A stretch of DNA of 64,000 bases from a virus (lineage: Duplodnaviria > Caudoviricetes): the IMG/VR virus record IMGVR_UViG_3300010163_000001, positions 190,593-254,592 of that record. The stretch is one strand, 5' to 3'. The translations under genes and the position numbers were made by a program. This document shows, in pieces, positions 21,341 through 30,842 of this stretch. Each line of letters begins with the position of its first letter. Position 1 is the stretch's first letter. The notes under the pieces are model-generated. The model ran no database searches and was not told the DNA's origin. It saw only the letters and a program-made list of their open reading frames with translations.

Positions 21341-21861
21341 CGCTACATGATTAAGCAACGCATCACACATCCACTACAAATCCAAGCAAGCCATTTCCTT
21401 TACTCAACCACACGCCACCATGCGTCGCCTTTCCGTAACACCACTTCACACAACCTCACCTTTCCTATACCTTACTAGACACATCAATTCATAACGATAC
21501 ATCTCCATAGCATTACAATACTTTACCAGTCCAGTCTATTCCATTACTTAACCTATCTTGACACAGCTTTTCCGATGCATCATATTACAATACTTGGCTC
21601 TTCCATTACTCCACGACTCAACACTTCACTTTTCCTTAACTAGACTAAGTTGTGTGCCGCCTAACGCTTTATAGTACATTACTAAAATTAACTACTCATA
21701 ACCGTGACTCTACCACTCCATTCTATGCATAGCAGATCCATTACATCACTAAACCCAACCTCACCATTCCATTACTTAACTCTACCATTCCACTCCTTTG
21801 CACCACTCAACTTTACATATCGTCGCTATACTGAACACTACCTTTACTTTACATTACTAAA
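21341..21861. repeat. Pentamer-periodic array 1: runs of CNNNN separated by an extra C
   Basis: Parses as cgcta catga ttaag caacg catca cacat c cacta caaat ccaag caagc cattt c cttta ctcaa ccaca cgcca ccatg cgtcg ccttt c ... for about 100 units. Confidence 0.9.
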
Positions 21862-21900
21862 TGGGCAGAGAATTATTTTATCTCCGCTTTAGTGTACTTT

Positions 21901-22341
21901 TTACCAGTGTGTATCTCCATCATCGTCCATAAAATCAGATAATGATTTAGATCTTCTGGGTCTGTTATAATCTCCACCAGAAGAACTATAACTTCTCGTA
22001 GAAGATTTTTTAGAGCCAATTGCCCCGGGAATAATTACGTCCGTCTGTGATTCATAATCTCCATCATCACTAGAGCTTGATACTTGATTCCGGTACAGAC
22101 TGTAATATGCTTTGCGGGCATCTTCTCCAACTTCGGCAAACTCAAATGTAATATCGGTTGAGGTTTCTGTTAATAATAGCTGCTTGACCGTACCAATTCC
22201 AAGACACCCTTTTCCAGCATATATAACAGGAACAGGTACTTCGGGTTTGATATAAACTTCTCCTGATACTGTGAATGTCACGCGATTCCAATCATCTGGA
22301 TGGATTTTCTCATTCACAACAATAAAGTTCATAAATTTCAT
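21901..22341 (-). CDS. Hypothetical early protein with acidic/Ser-rich tail
   Basis: 146 aa, AGGAGG RBS, early promoter motif at 22376-22387. Confidence 0.75.
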   Translation of the reverse strand: MKFMNFIVVNEKIHPDDWNRVTFTVSGEVYIKPEVPVPVIYAGKGCLGIGTVKQLLLTETSTDITFEFAEVGEDARKAYYSLYRNQVSSSSDDGDYESQTDVIIPGAIGSKKSSTRSYSSSGGDYNRPRRSKSLSDFMDDDGDTHW

Positions 22342-22394
22342 TTTTATTGTCCTCCTTTTTCTTTATATTCGCATAAAAATAATATATTGTCGTA

Positions 22395-22435
22395 ATATCT
22401 GAGCACTATATTGGTCATATATAGTGCTCAGATAT
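22395..22435 (-). terminator. Hairpin terminator
   Basis: ATATCTGAGCACTATAT...ATATAGTGCTCAGATAT after the stop of 22440..23480. Confidence 0.65.
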
Positions 22436-22439
22436 GTTT

Positions 22440-23480
22440 TTATTTCTTTTTCTTTTTAAATTTTTCAATCATCGGAGATATAGCATCCCGTATTGTGATA
22501 AGTTTTTCATTGTATGCATCAACACCGGATTCTAAATCATAATTATCCGTTGCGATATCCATAATATTCATGATGAGCATCTCAACCCATTTGAACTTAC
22601 CGTAATATGATTTATATTCTTTTTCCCTTTTATATATTAAATATAATACATATTGTACAAAGAATGCATCGGTATCATCTTCATATAAGTCCGTAAGATA
22701 CTTTTCAAACATTGTTAACTGATTAACACTAAAGACGCTCCCGAAAGCGTGTGTTACGGATTTCTGTACACCCTTAAGCACAAAACCCTTCTTGTCCTTT
22801 AATAGGTCATTAACAATTCTGCGCACAAGAAATTCATTATTTGGAATTTTAGACAGGATAAAGTCAACGGAATCTCGGTTAGAGAATATTTCCTCCTGAT
22901 TCTTGTAAAATTGCATTACTCTCTTTTTTTGTGATTGATTTTTAATTTCTTCTGCTTTCTTTTCATTTTTAGCAATAATTTCAAGCATCATGGAAGACAT
23001 ATAAGATGTTGTTTTAGGAATATCATCAAACTCTTTAAGCCTTTCTTCAATCTCTTTGGATATGATGTCAAGCTTTTCCATTGAATCATCATAATAACTC
23101 AGAAATTCCCTGATATCATCAGTCATATTGTCCTCTTCATTTGATGTAGCAATATCTTTTGCTAACTCAGAAGAATATTTTCCATCTTTAAAGTCTTTAT
23201 TAATCTTTAGGATACTCTTAGCAGCTTCATTGGCACTTTTGAGTCCCTCTTTTTCGGTTTCTAATTCTCTTCGTAGACCTCCTAACTCAATATAATTGAA
23301 AGTCTTAATATTTTCCCGGTAACGTTCCATATCCTTATTAGTGATTCGCATAGTAGATTTTTTTTCTGGGATATCTTCAGAAATAGAATCCTCATCAGAT
23401 ACCATTTTCTTTAAGTCATCTACTGATTCCATGTTTAATCCTTTTTCTTTCTGATTTCCATTTGAAACGATTGCTTCCAT
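22440..23480 (-). CDS. Hypothetical coiled-coil protein
   Basis: 346-aa ORF, translationally coupled to the upstream gene. Confidence 0.75.
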   Translation of the reverse strand: MEAIVSNGNQKEKGLNMESVDDLKKMVSDEDSISEDIPEKKSTMRITNKDMERYRENIKTFNYIELGGLRRELETEKEGLKSANEAAKSILKINKDFKDGKYSSELAKDIATSNEEDNMTDDIREFLSYYDDSMEKLDIISKEIEERLKEFDDIPKTTSYMSSMMLEIIAKNEKKAEEIKNQSQKKRVMQFYKNQEEIFSNRDSVDFILSKIPNNEFLVRRIVNDLLKDKKGFVLKGVQKSVTHAFGSVFSVNQLTMFEKYLTDLYEDDTDAFFVQYVLYLIYKREKEYKSYYGKFKWVEMLIMNIMDIATDNYDLESGVDAYNEKLITIRDAISPMIEKFKKKKK

Positions 23481-23481
23481 T

Positions 23482-24219
23482 TTAGTTACCTCCTTCTTTT
23501 AATAAAGCTAATAATTCAAAACACACATTGCATTTTAAATCAACATTTGTTGCATACATATCATTTATTTCCGTCATAAATTCTCCAGTCATTTTTCCAT
23601 CTTCCAATAACGTTGAAATAACGTTCAGTGGAGCATAATCTGAATTAATATAAGAAATAAATGATTCTTCTGATAAAGTTGACAGAATCCATGTTGTAAT
23701 ATCGTAGATATTTGAAGAAATAACAACCATTTCCGGAGTCATAAATCTCTTATTTACCATCGTGGACGCATCTTTCTTGTTTTTCTTATATTCAAACATT
23801 TCGTAGATATCCTTCTCGTGCTTACGAATATAATTTAAACATACTTCTTGTAAGTTGGATGGTAAATCTAAAACAAAAAAAGAATATAATGCCATGACTA
23901 AACCTGGAAGAGTATCGACATTATCTTCTTTCCATTCTTCATCTACAATGAGATGGAATTTTTTTGTAATTAAATCAATCATAATGTTGCAAATTTCTTC
24001 AAATCGCTTCTTTGTTTCTTCTATTATTTCTCCAGAATTTTCTTCTGTATCAATAATACACCGATATTTATAATATAACGGTTTAAAATGATCAACTGGG
24101 TGTGTTGAACGGATCTCTTCGTTATTTCCTGCTATTTGACTATGAAGTAGGGTTGTGATCTCGTCCAGATTGAAAGTATCCAAGATATCGGCTACACTTT
24201 CAATAACAGTAGGTTTCAT
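23482..24219 (-). CDS. Hypothetical protein
   Basis: 245-aa ORF with RBS. Confidence 0.75.
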   Translation of the reverse strand: MKPTVIESVADILDTFNLDEITTLLHSQIAGNNEEIRSTHPVDHFKPLYYKYRCIIDTEENSGEIIEETKKRFEEICNIMIDLITKKFHLIVDEEWKEDNVDTLPGLVMALYSFFVLDLPSNLQEVCLNYIRKHEKDIYEMFEYKKNKKDASTMVNKRFMTPEMVVISSNIYDITTWILSTLSEESFISYINSDYAPLNVISTLLEDGKMTGEFMTEINDMYATNVDLKCNVCFELLALLKEGGN

Positions 24220-24310
24220 TTTATATCATTCCTTTCTCTTTCTATTCTTTTTTATTTTTCTATCTATATAAAGTTTACTTTAAATGTCGAGATATGAATT
24301 AAAAAATAAA

Positions 24311-24336
24311 AAAAGAAGGTTGTTAAACCTTCTTTT
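24311..24336 (-). terminator. Intrinsic terminator closing pentamer array 2
   Basis: AAAAGAAGGTT-gtta-AACCTTCTTTT plus a minus-strand T-tract. Confidence 0.7.
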
Positions 24337-24353
24337 CATAACCGTAGATTTTA

Positions 24354-24803
24354 CTACTACTAAACATTACTCTACCAGACTTTACCATTCCTTTTCAATA
24401 CTTTTCGGAACTATTCCAGCACAACACTTAACTTTTCGACACCATTCCCATACGTCACATTACTTATCAACGCTTTTCATTTCAATACAGTGAGAATATT
24501 TTACTAAACTAGTCCAAAGCCAAAAACCTTTTCTCCACATTACTGAACCATTCCATCACCTGACAACGCTTTACTTCTCCAATACGAGCCAATTCCACTC
24601 TGCACCATTCCAATACACATCCGCACTTTACCCTACCATGCACAACCTTTACAAAACTAAACAAAACATCACGACGCTTTTCGTATCCATTACATTTCAA
24701 CACGTTTCCTTGCTATTGCATCACATAACAATTCAGATCAGCACCTCACCATTCCATTACTTAACTCTACCATTCCACTCCTTTACATCACTAAACTTAA
24801 CAC
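24354..24803. repeat. Pentamer-periodic array 2
   Basis: ctaaa catta ctcta ccaga cttta ccatt c ctttt caata ctttt cggaa ctatt c cagca caaca cttaa ctttt cgaca ccatt c ...; shares a 42-bp identical block with array 1. Confidence 0.9.
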
Positions 24804-24815
24804 TTGTAATATTGA

Positions 24816-25172
24816 TTATGCTTTATACATCGTGTTATGCATCAGTATTTGTTCATCAATGTCGGATTTGAAATGATCCAGGACTTCTGATAATATGCCG
24901 TCTAACATATCATCGGGCATATCGTCATACGAGTCTTTTATTACAAGCTTTGCATTATCAGTTGGAGCATTAATTATGCCACAGGATATTTTAAATAATC
25001 CTCTGACTAAGTACATCCCTTCTTTATACTTTTTTGCTTCATATAATGCTTTCAACGCATTATATATGTCTGTCATGTCAGAAATGCACTCCTCTGTGAA
25101 TGCCCTTGTTGTTAGATTTGATCCTATCGTCTTTACAACATAACCAACAGTGTCTTTTGTTTCTTTATTCAT
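24816..25172 (-). CDS. Hypothetical early protein
   Basis: AGGAGGTG RBS before MNKETK at 25172; the track start at 25298 is likely over-extended. Early motif at 25194-25205. Confidence 0.7.
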   Translation of the reverse strand: MNKETKDTVGYVVKTIGSNLTTRAFTEECISDMTDIYNALKALYEAKKYKEGMYLVRGLFKISCGIINAPTDNAKLVIKDSYDDMPDDMLDGILSEVLDHFKSDIDEQILMHNTMYKA

Positions 25173-25231
25173 TCTTTTCACCTCCTTCCAAGAAAAAGAA
25201 TATATGAATATAATAACGGGTAAAAATGAGG

Positions 25232-25283
25232 GTATCTTAGATACTATGATACTAGCTGGAAGAGTTGGATTTCTATGAGTATG
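25232..25283 (+). repeat. Shufflon recombination site A (52-bp repeat)
   Basis: GTATCTTAGATACTATGATACTAGCTGGAAGAGTTGGATTTCTATGAGTATG; inverted copy with 1 mismatch at 32939-32990; 22-bp copy at 30821. Confidence 0.85.
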
Positions 25284-27770
25284 GATGGACATACTCATGC
25301 CCGACTTGCTAGTGGGTTTTCGACGTCCAGCGGGAATTTAGATTCATATAAATCTCCTAGCTTGGTTCAAATTACATCTAAAAGTATAACAAATGGTCCT
25401 CTTACTACTTACCCATTAGAATATGTTTGGCTTTTGGTAATCGGATGGGTAGAAGATGCACAACAAATTCTATTCACAGGATCTGCTGATGAGACATATT
25501 GCAGATATTGTATAGATAAAACATGGTCGGAATGGGAAAAATTTGGTGGAACTCCCATCACAGTGGATGATATTGATTTAAGTAATTATGCTTTAAAGAA
25601 TCATAATCATAATGAGTATGCCAAAAATGGAATCATATATCCAGGTACTCAAGGATTTGATAATACTAGTTCCTTAGGTTCTACCGGTATATATAGTCTG
25701 ATTTCAAATACAAGTGACGCAATCCCAAATTCTCCATATAATAATTTGAATCATCGTTATTTGCTCATAAACTCTAAAACCGAAAACTCTCCTGATGCAG
25801 ATAGAATACAAATAGCAGTGTCGTACGACGATTTGTCTGTACATGTTAGGTCATTAGAAGGAACTTCAGGTAAGTGGTCTGGATGGGTTAAAGTATCTTC
25901 TGATGATTTTTTCTCTAAAACATTTATTGACGGATCAAATAAAACTATAGACTTTAATAACTATCTTACTGAAGGAATGTATAAAATAATACTAAATAAT
26001 ACTACTACAGTATTAAATGCTCATCCAATACTTGAACGTGAGAGTGAAGCGGCCATTGAAATAATTATTATAGTACAAAAAATACGTCATTATGTTTATC
26101 AAGACGTTTTTATAAAAAACATGGATAATGATCATTTAAAACGCTTCATTTATTTAATCAATGGCACAGATCCAAAATTCGGAATATGGAATACTACTGA
26201 AATAGGAAAATATCAAAATTTGAATACCAGTATTAAAGATATGAACGATTTTAAATTTTTTGATTATCATGAATTGTTTTTTGACACGATCCCTGTTAAA
26301 GATGTAAAAAACATCCCAGACCAATTTACTGAAAATGATTATGCCTTATTGATACATGCAAGCGATTTGCTTGCAAATTATAATTATTCATATGCTCATC
26401 AAATAATGATTCAATCAGAAACTACTAATATATTTATTAGAGCACTATTATCAAATGATAAATGGACTGATTGGAAAAGAATTTGTACGGATGATGAAAA
26501 TGTAGCTAAATTCCCAGCTACTGGTAATATTGCACCTACAACTGAAGAAACATTAGACTTAAATACAATTATTAAAACTGGTTTGTATACAATTGACCCT
26601 AACAATGAAAAAATATTGAATGTACCAAAACTTTGGTATCATGAATCAAATGCCCCATATAATCCATTACATATGGCTTATTTAACAGTGATTAGTAATG
26701 GTTCTAATATCATGCAGACGATTGAGGCTGGAATGACTAATTGTATATTTAGTTTTTATTCTAGAAGAAGTAGTAATGATGGTGGAAACACCTGGAATAC
26801 ATGGTCAAATAATTATTTAAACGGGAAAATATCTGGTGTAACAATAAATTCTTGGAAAAGATATATTTCAAAAGGAACAGAATCGGTATCTACGTATGAT
26901 ATTAATAAAGATTTAATTACCAAAAATATGTTAAGTTCACTCAATGTTTCTAAAAACTTTGCAGGGACTATCAAAAATTCGCCATTCGATAAAGGCAATA
27001 CTAAATTTTGTATCCAAAATATACACAACAACTGGTGGTTTGATGTTGAAGATGATGGTACAGTAAAGAAAGGCTCCGATGATAATGGGTATATTCATCA
27101 AACAGTATGGGATCTTCCCATGGATAATATTTATACTCGTTATGTTTTAGGAATGAGCAGGGATAATTATACTGATAACTTTACTCCATGGAAGAGAAAA
27201 AGATTTTTAGAAGACGACCAATTCACATGGCAATTAATATGGAATGGGGAACATGTGGCTCCATCATCTATGGCAGATTATCATCCTATAAAAATAAGTA
27301 ACGTCACATTAAATGTTTTAATGAAAAAAGATGATGTGTGCGTAATGTGTTATGCACCATTAAAAATAATTACAAAACGCTATTGTGGTGCAGGTGTATA
27401 TAGAACCAATGTTATTGATACTATGTTAATGTGGCAAATAACTTATAGTGAAGGTATGAGTAAGGATACTGCCATGATATGTGGTGCTTATTATCATTTT
27501 ACACGTATAGGTAATGAATTTAATAATGGCTACGTAAATTCAGATGGAAAATTTACGGATAATTATGGGTCAGTATACACCTTAGAGTCAGGCGAGTGGT
27601 ATCCAGGTTATATTATAGATAGAGATAATGGTGTTAAATCTTATAATGATACATTTAATATAGAAAATGGTCCAAAAGTTCAAAAATTTGGTCCTCTCAC
27701 TATATGTATTGAATTAGGATCAGACTTTTCAGTTGGGTCAAATTTAGTAGCAGTTTATACACTACAATAA
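25233..27770 (+). CDS. Silent tail-fibre C-terminal cassette A
   Basis: Frame opens after TGA (25227) at YLRYYDTSWKSW with no RBS; repeated fibre domains (GxY...Q...R...W..W); tip motif EDDQFTWQLIWNG. Confidence 0.75.
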   Translation, partial: YLRYYDTSWKSWISMSMDGHTHARLASGFSTSSGNLDSYKSPSLVQITSKSITNGPLTTYPLEYVWLLVIGWVEDAQQILFTGSADETYCRYCIDKTWSEWEKFGGTPITVDDIDLSNYALKNHNHNEYAKNGIIYPGTQGFDNTSSLGSTGIYSLISNTSDAIPNSPYNNLNHRYLLINSKTENSPDADRIQIAVSYDDLSVHVRSLEGTSGKWSGWVKVSSDDFFSKTFIDGSNKTIDFNNYLTEGMYKIILNNTTTVLNAHPILERESEAAIEIIIIVQKIRHYVYQDVFIKNMDNDHLKRFIYLINGTDPKFGIWNTTEIGKYQNLNTSIKDMNDFKFFDYHELFFDTIPVKDVKNIPDQFTENDYALLIHASDLLANYNYSYAHQIMIQSETTNIFIRALLSNDKWTDWKRICTDDENVAKFPATGNIAPTTEETLDLNTIIKTGLYTIDPNNEKILNVPKLWYHESNAPYNPLHMAYLTVISNGSNIMQTIEAGMTNCIFSFYSRRSSNDGGNTWNTWSNNYLNGKISGVTINSWKRYISKGTESVSTYDINKDLITKNMLSSLNVSKNFAGTIKNSPFDKGNTKFCIQNIHNNWWFDVEDDGTVKKGSDDNGYIHQTVWDLPMDNIYTRYVLGMSRDNYTDNFTPWKRKRFLEDDQFTWQLIWNGEHVAPSSMADYHPIKISNVTLNVLMKKDDVCVMCYAPLKIITKRYCGAGVYRTNVIDTMLMWQITYSEGMSKDTAMICGAYYHFTRIGNEFNNGYVNSDGKFTDNYGSVYTLESGEWYPGYIIDRDNGVKSYNDTFNIENGPKVQKFGPLTICIELGSDFSVGSNLVAVYTLQ

Positions 27771-27776
27771 ATTTTT

Positions 27777-27810
27777 ATTAGGTACTGGGATTAATTTCCC
27801 AGTACCTAAT
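27777..27810. terminator. Bidirectional terminator
   Basis: ATTAGGTACTGGGA-ttaatt-TCCCAGTACCTAAT between convergent genes. Confidence 0.75.
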
Positions 27811-27817
27811 ATCATTT

Positions 27818-29113
27818 TTACATATCATCTACGAAATCCTCTGAAGGAACGCCGCCATTATTCTTGTTTTCTTCAGATTCTTCCCATTCTCTCTTTGGAC
27901 AGTATTCTTGTACAAGTTCCTTCCCAGTATCTAAATATTTCATATCTGGATTTATTTCAAAGAATTCCGAATACTTCCTTAAGAAAGTGGGATGACAACT
28001 TCCTCTTTTAATCTTACGAAGCCATTCTTCATAAGATCTTGTATAGTAATGATTTAACTGCATGAATTCTGTTGTAATTTCCGGATGATCATCGTAATCT
28101 GCGGTTTCAGCATCTAATCGAACTAATGGTGTATAACTTGTAAACCCGCGAATACGATTTGTCTGAGCAAATGTTTTTCCACCGTGTTTTTCATCATACC
28201 AAGTAGTTTCCTTTGGAAAACGAATCATATCAGGTTCTGCTGTTTGTGTTTCTTGTCCATTTGCAGTATAATGTTTCCATTGACATTTGATTTTTGCATA
28301 TTGTGTGTTTTCCTTAAGGAAATCAATTAAAGATTTTGAATCATCTTTTAATTTGATATATTCATCCGGATCCATACCAATGAACCATTTTGTTTCATTT
28401 TTATAGTTATTTAAGAAATCTGTATGTGCATCTTGCTGTGAAAATCTTGTTGTTGGAAATCTCTTGATGGTACAATGATCAAGATACTTAAAATTAACGC
28501 TTTCCAAGTATTCTTGCGCTGGAATTTCTGATTCGTTATCATAGAGATAGAAATGATCAACTCCCATCTCTTCAATATGATATCGAATCCACTCTTCCAA
28601 ATAATCATTTTCATCTCGAATAATTGCAATTACAGATAAAAAGTATTTGTAATCTATTTTTGCCTCTTCACTTTCAAAAAGTCGAAGTTTACCAGCAACT
28701 TCCTCTTTCTTTAATTCTGCAGTCAATTCGTCTCTTTGTTTTTCCAAAGTGGCTAATTTTTCACGATTATTCTTCGCAATGTTTTTTGCTTCTTCCATAC
28801 TCATTCCATTAATGATGTTATCCATAAATGTTTTGTATTCATTTTCACCGGATGCCTGTTTACTAATTTCGTTTATTTCGCTCATAACATTATGCAAACT
28901 AATAGATGCTTCACTCTCTTGTGGAATTTCGTCATCCTTTAATTCAGTTACTTTTCCATCAATATAGAATAAATTATTATTTATTCCGGATGATAACACC
29001 TTTTTCTCTTCATCACCTTCTACAAAAATAGAATCTGAATTGGAAGTATTATGAATAATCGTATTATATCCCACAATTTTCATATTTTTGTAATCAACAT
29101 ATATTTCGATCAT
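27818..29113 (-). CDS. Glycosyltransferase (GT-A fold, GT2/GT92-like) with extra N-terminal coiled-coil domain
   Basis: LSVIAIIRDENDYLEEWIRYH..GVDHFYLYDNES, DxD motif in WFIGMDPDEY, QLNHYYTRSYEEW. Confidence 0.8.
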   Translation of the reverse strand: MIEIYVDYKNMKIVGYNTIIHNTSNSDSIFVEGDEEKKVLSSGINNNLFYIDGKVTELKDDEIPQESEASISLHNVMSEINEISKQASGENEYKTFMDNIINGMSMEEAKNIAKNNREKLATLEKQRDELTAELKKEEVAGKLRLFESEEAKIDYKYFLSVIAIIRDENDYLEEWIRYHIEEMGVDHFYLYDNESEIPAQEYLESVNFKYLDHCTIKRFPTTRFSQQDAHTDFLNNYKNETKWFIGMDPDEYIKLKDDSKSLIDFLKENTQYAKIKCQWKHYTANGQETQTAEPDMIRFPKETTWYDEKHGGKTFAQTNRIRGFTSYTPLVRLDAETADYDDHPEITTEFMQLNHYYTRSYEEWLRKIKRGSCHPTFLRKYSEFFEINPDMKYLDTGKELVQEYCPKREWEESEENKNNGGVPSEDFVDDM

Positions 29114-29209
29114 TTTTTATATGCACCTCCATTATTTTAAATAAATATATTTATTTAAAATGTACGGTAGGGAAATTAATAATATATTTCATTCATGCAG
29201 TATCTCATA

Positions 29210-30727
29210 TTAAATTTTTAGTATAGATATCTTTGTAATAACGTCACCACCATTAATATATAATTCAATTGAAGTATCATCTGCTATATTTACACCAATA
29301 CCAGATTTTAAAGTAATCATCTGTTTACCTAATGAGCACAGATTACCGCAAAGGCTTTGAAAATCGCTAATTGCAGACCAATAACAATCAGTATGGCAGT
29401 TAAAGTTTGAATTATATACTGATAAATAAACAGACGAACATGAATTATCAATAGGAATAGGACTATTATGATATAAATTATAATTACACGTATATGCGCA
29501 ATTTGTAGATTCAATTTCTTTAGTTAAAATGAAAGTTTGTTCAAAAAACTCGTTATAATTACTACATTTATATCCTCTTATTTTTATGATTACTCCTACT
29601 ATTAAAGTGGGATGACCGGAAATCCCAATTGGGTCATATGAAAATATACCGTATTTATATGGATCTGATATAGGAAATTTCTTATTATAGGATATCTCTC
29701 CATCAAATATAGTATTCCAACATTCCGTATTATCTTCCAATGCAACATTATACCAAGTAGTATTAGAATATCCGTTACCATTGCGAATAAGTAACGCAGG
29801 TGCAGTACCAATTCTTCCAACAACTGATAATTGTGGTAGAGAACATTCCACACTTCTAGTAGCTATATAATCTTTATCATCAGCTAGACCATTGTCTAGC
29901 AGATCACTTTTATTAGAACAGTCTGTTATATTTGCTACAAATTCTAGAATATTACATCCATTATAGTTATAATATTCAGAGTATGTTTTTATTACATTCA
30001 TAAAACGTAAAATGCTCCAATCTGACCATGTACTACCCGTAGAATATGTTCTTTGTCTAGTATATATTTCAGACATATTGGTAAGATACGCAGTATTTGA
30101 ATTTTCTTTTATAGCTAATTGCTGTATCTTACTATTGGTAGATTTCATTACAATTAGTGAAAAGTTTCCTGCTGCTGGAGCATTTAATGCGGTGGTTGCA
30201 TTTGTCATTGTATAAATACCTGGAGTTGTCATGTTATTAAAATTCGTAGCATTCTTTGTTGACACTGCAGCAAAATCAGATGCATGTTTGTTGTCTACTG
30301 TATCTGCATTACCTCCATTTGCGGGTAATGATGATGGTACGGTAGGTATATTTACTGTTTTTGCTGTGCTACCATCATATGAGCCAGTAACGCTTCCTGT
30401 AAACGTCAGAGCATTTGGATTTTTCATAGTCGTAGGCATATCTGTAATTTCTGATTTCGTATGTTTATGTTCCTTTGGAGCAAATCTATTATCAGATGTT
30501 GATTTATCATATGCGTTAACATCAGTTGCTGTTGTACCATGAGGGTTTGTATCTTTTGTAATCGCATGGTCATATGCTGTTTTCCCTCTATCTCCACGAT
30601 AGGCTGTATCGCTGGTCTCGCCTAATGTAAGAGCACTTTTTATTTGCTGATATCTACCTTCCGTAAATGTAAGAATTGTCTTTATCAGACTTTTTAAAAC
30701 ATTTTTATTTGTAGATTTTCTTGCCAT
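29210..30727 (-). CDS. Tail fibre protein: constant N-terminus (aa 1-~215) currently fused to cassette D
   Basis: Fibre motifs LGETSDTAYRGDRG, HKHTKSEITDMP, SYDGSTAKTVNIP, ANGGNADTVDNKHASDFA; AGGAG RBS; late promoter at 30767-30778; in-frame GTATCTTA at 30082-30089. Confidence 0.85.
   Translation of the reverse strand: MARKSTNKNVLKSLIKTILTFTEGRYQQIKSALTLGETSDTAYRGDRGKTAYDHAITKDTNPHGTTATDVNAYDKSTSDNRFAPKEHKHTKSEITDMPTTMKNPNALTFTGSVTGSYDGSTAKTVNIPTVPSSLPANGGNADTVDNKHASDFAAVSTKNATNFNNMTTPGIYTMTNATTALNAPAAGNFSLIVMKSTNSKIQQLAIKENSNTAYLTNMSEIYTRQRTYSTGSTWSDWSILRFMNVIKTYSEYYNYNGCNILEFVANITDCSNKSDLLDNGLADDKDYIATRSVECSLPQLSVVGRIGTAPALLIRNGNGYSNTTWYNVALEDNTECWNTIFDGEISYNKKFPISDPYKYGIFSYDPIGISGHPTLIVGVIIKIRGYKCSNYNEFFEQTFILTKEIESTNCAYTCNYNLYHNSPIPIDNSCSSVYLSVYNSNFNCHTDCYWSAISDFQSLCGNLCSLGKQMITLKSGIGVNIADDTSIELYINGGDVITKISILKI
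30082..30089 (-). repeat. Putative shufflon crossover core in the expressed fibre gene
   Basis: GTATCTTA in the same frame (TAT CTT = Y-L) as the three silent cassettes; only 8-9 bp match, so the support is contextual. Confidence 0.6.
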
Positions 30728-30766
30728 TTTTATATTCTCCTTTCTTATATTAATAATATTCGTTTT

Positions 30767-30778
30767 TATTTAAGTGTA
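30767..30778 (-). promoter_or_regulatory. Putative late promoter TACA-N6-TA of the tail fibre gene
   Basis: TACActtaaaTA; lies inside the segment bounded by the 30082 and 30821 sites. Confidence 0.5.
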
Positions 30779-30820
30779 CTAAATTCAGTGTTTAGATTTC
30801 CATTTATCAAATTCCTTTAC

Positions 30821-30842
30821 GTATCTTAGATACTATGATACT
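30821..30842 (+). repeat. Shufflon recombination site B
   Basis: GTATCTTAGATACTATGATACT, identical to sites A and C over 22 bp. Confidence 0.85.

Noticed and set aside
15542-22702. Other GTATCTTA/TAAGATAC 8-mers (about 15542, 20924, 22694) as shufflon sites
   Set aside because: A few chance matches are expected in 64 kb of AT-rich DNA; they lack the arm sequence and the fibre context.
21341-24803. Pentamer arrays as a CRISPR array
   Set aside because: No constant repeat alternating with unique spacers, and no cas genes; only every fifth base is conserved.
21704-24871. Short track ORFs over the arrays (21704..21892, 24284..24493, 24509..24703, 24638..24871; also 46131..46376)
   Set aside because: No RBS, biased H/L/T/S or V/C/R/W composition explained by the 5-nt periodicity, and frequent phase slips.
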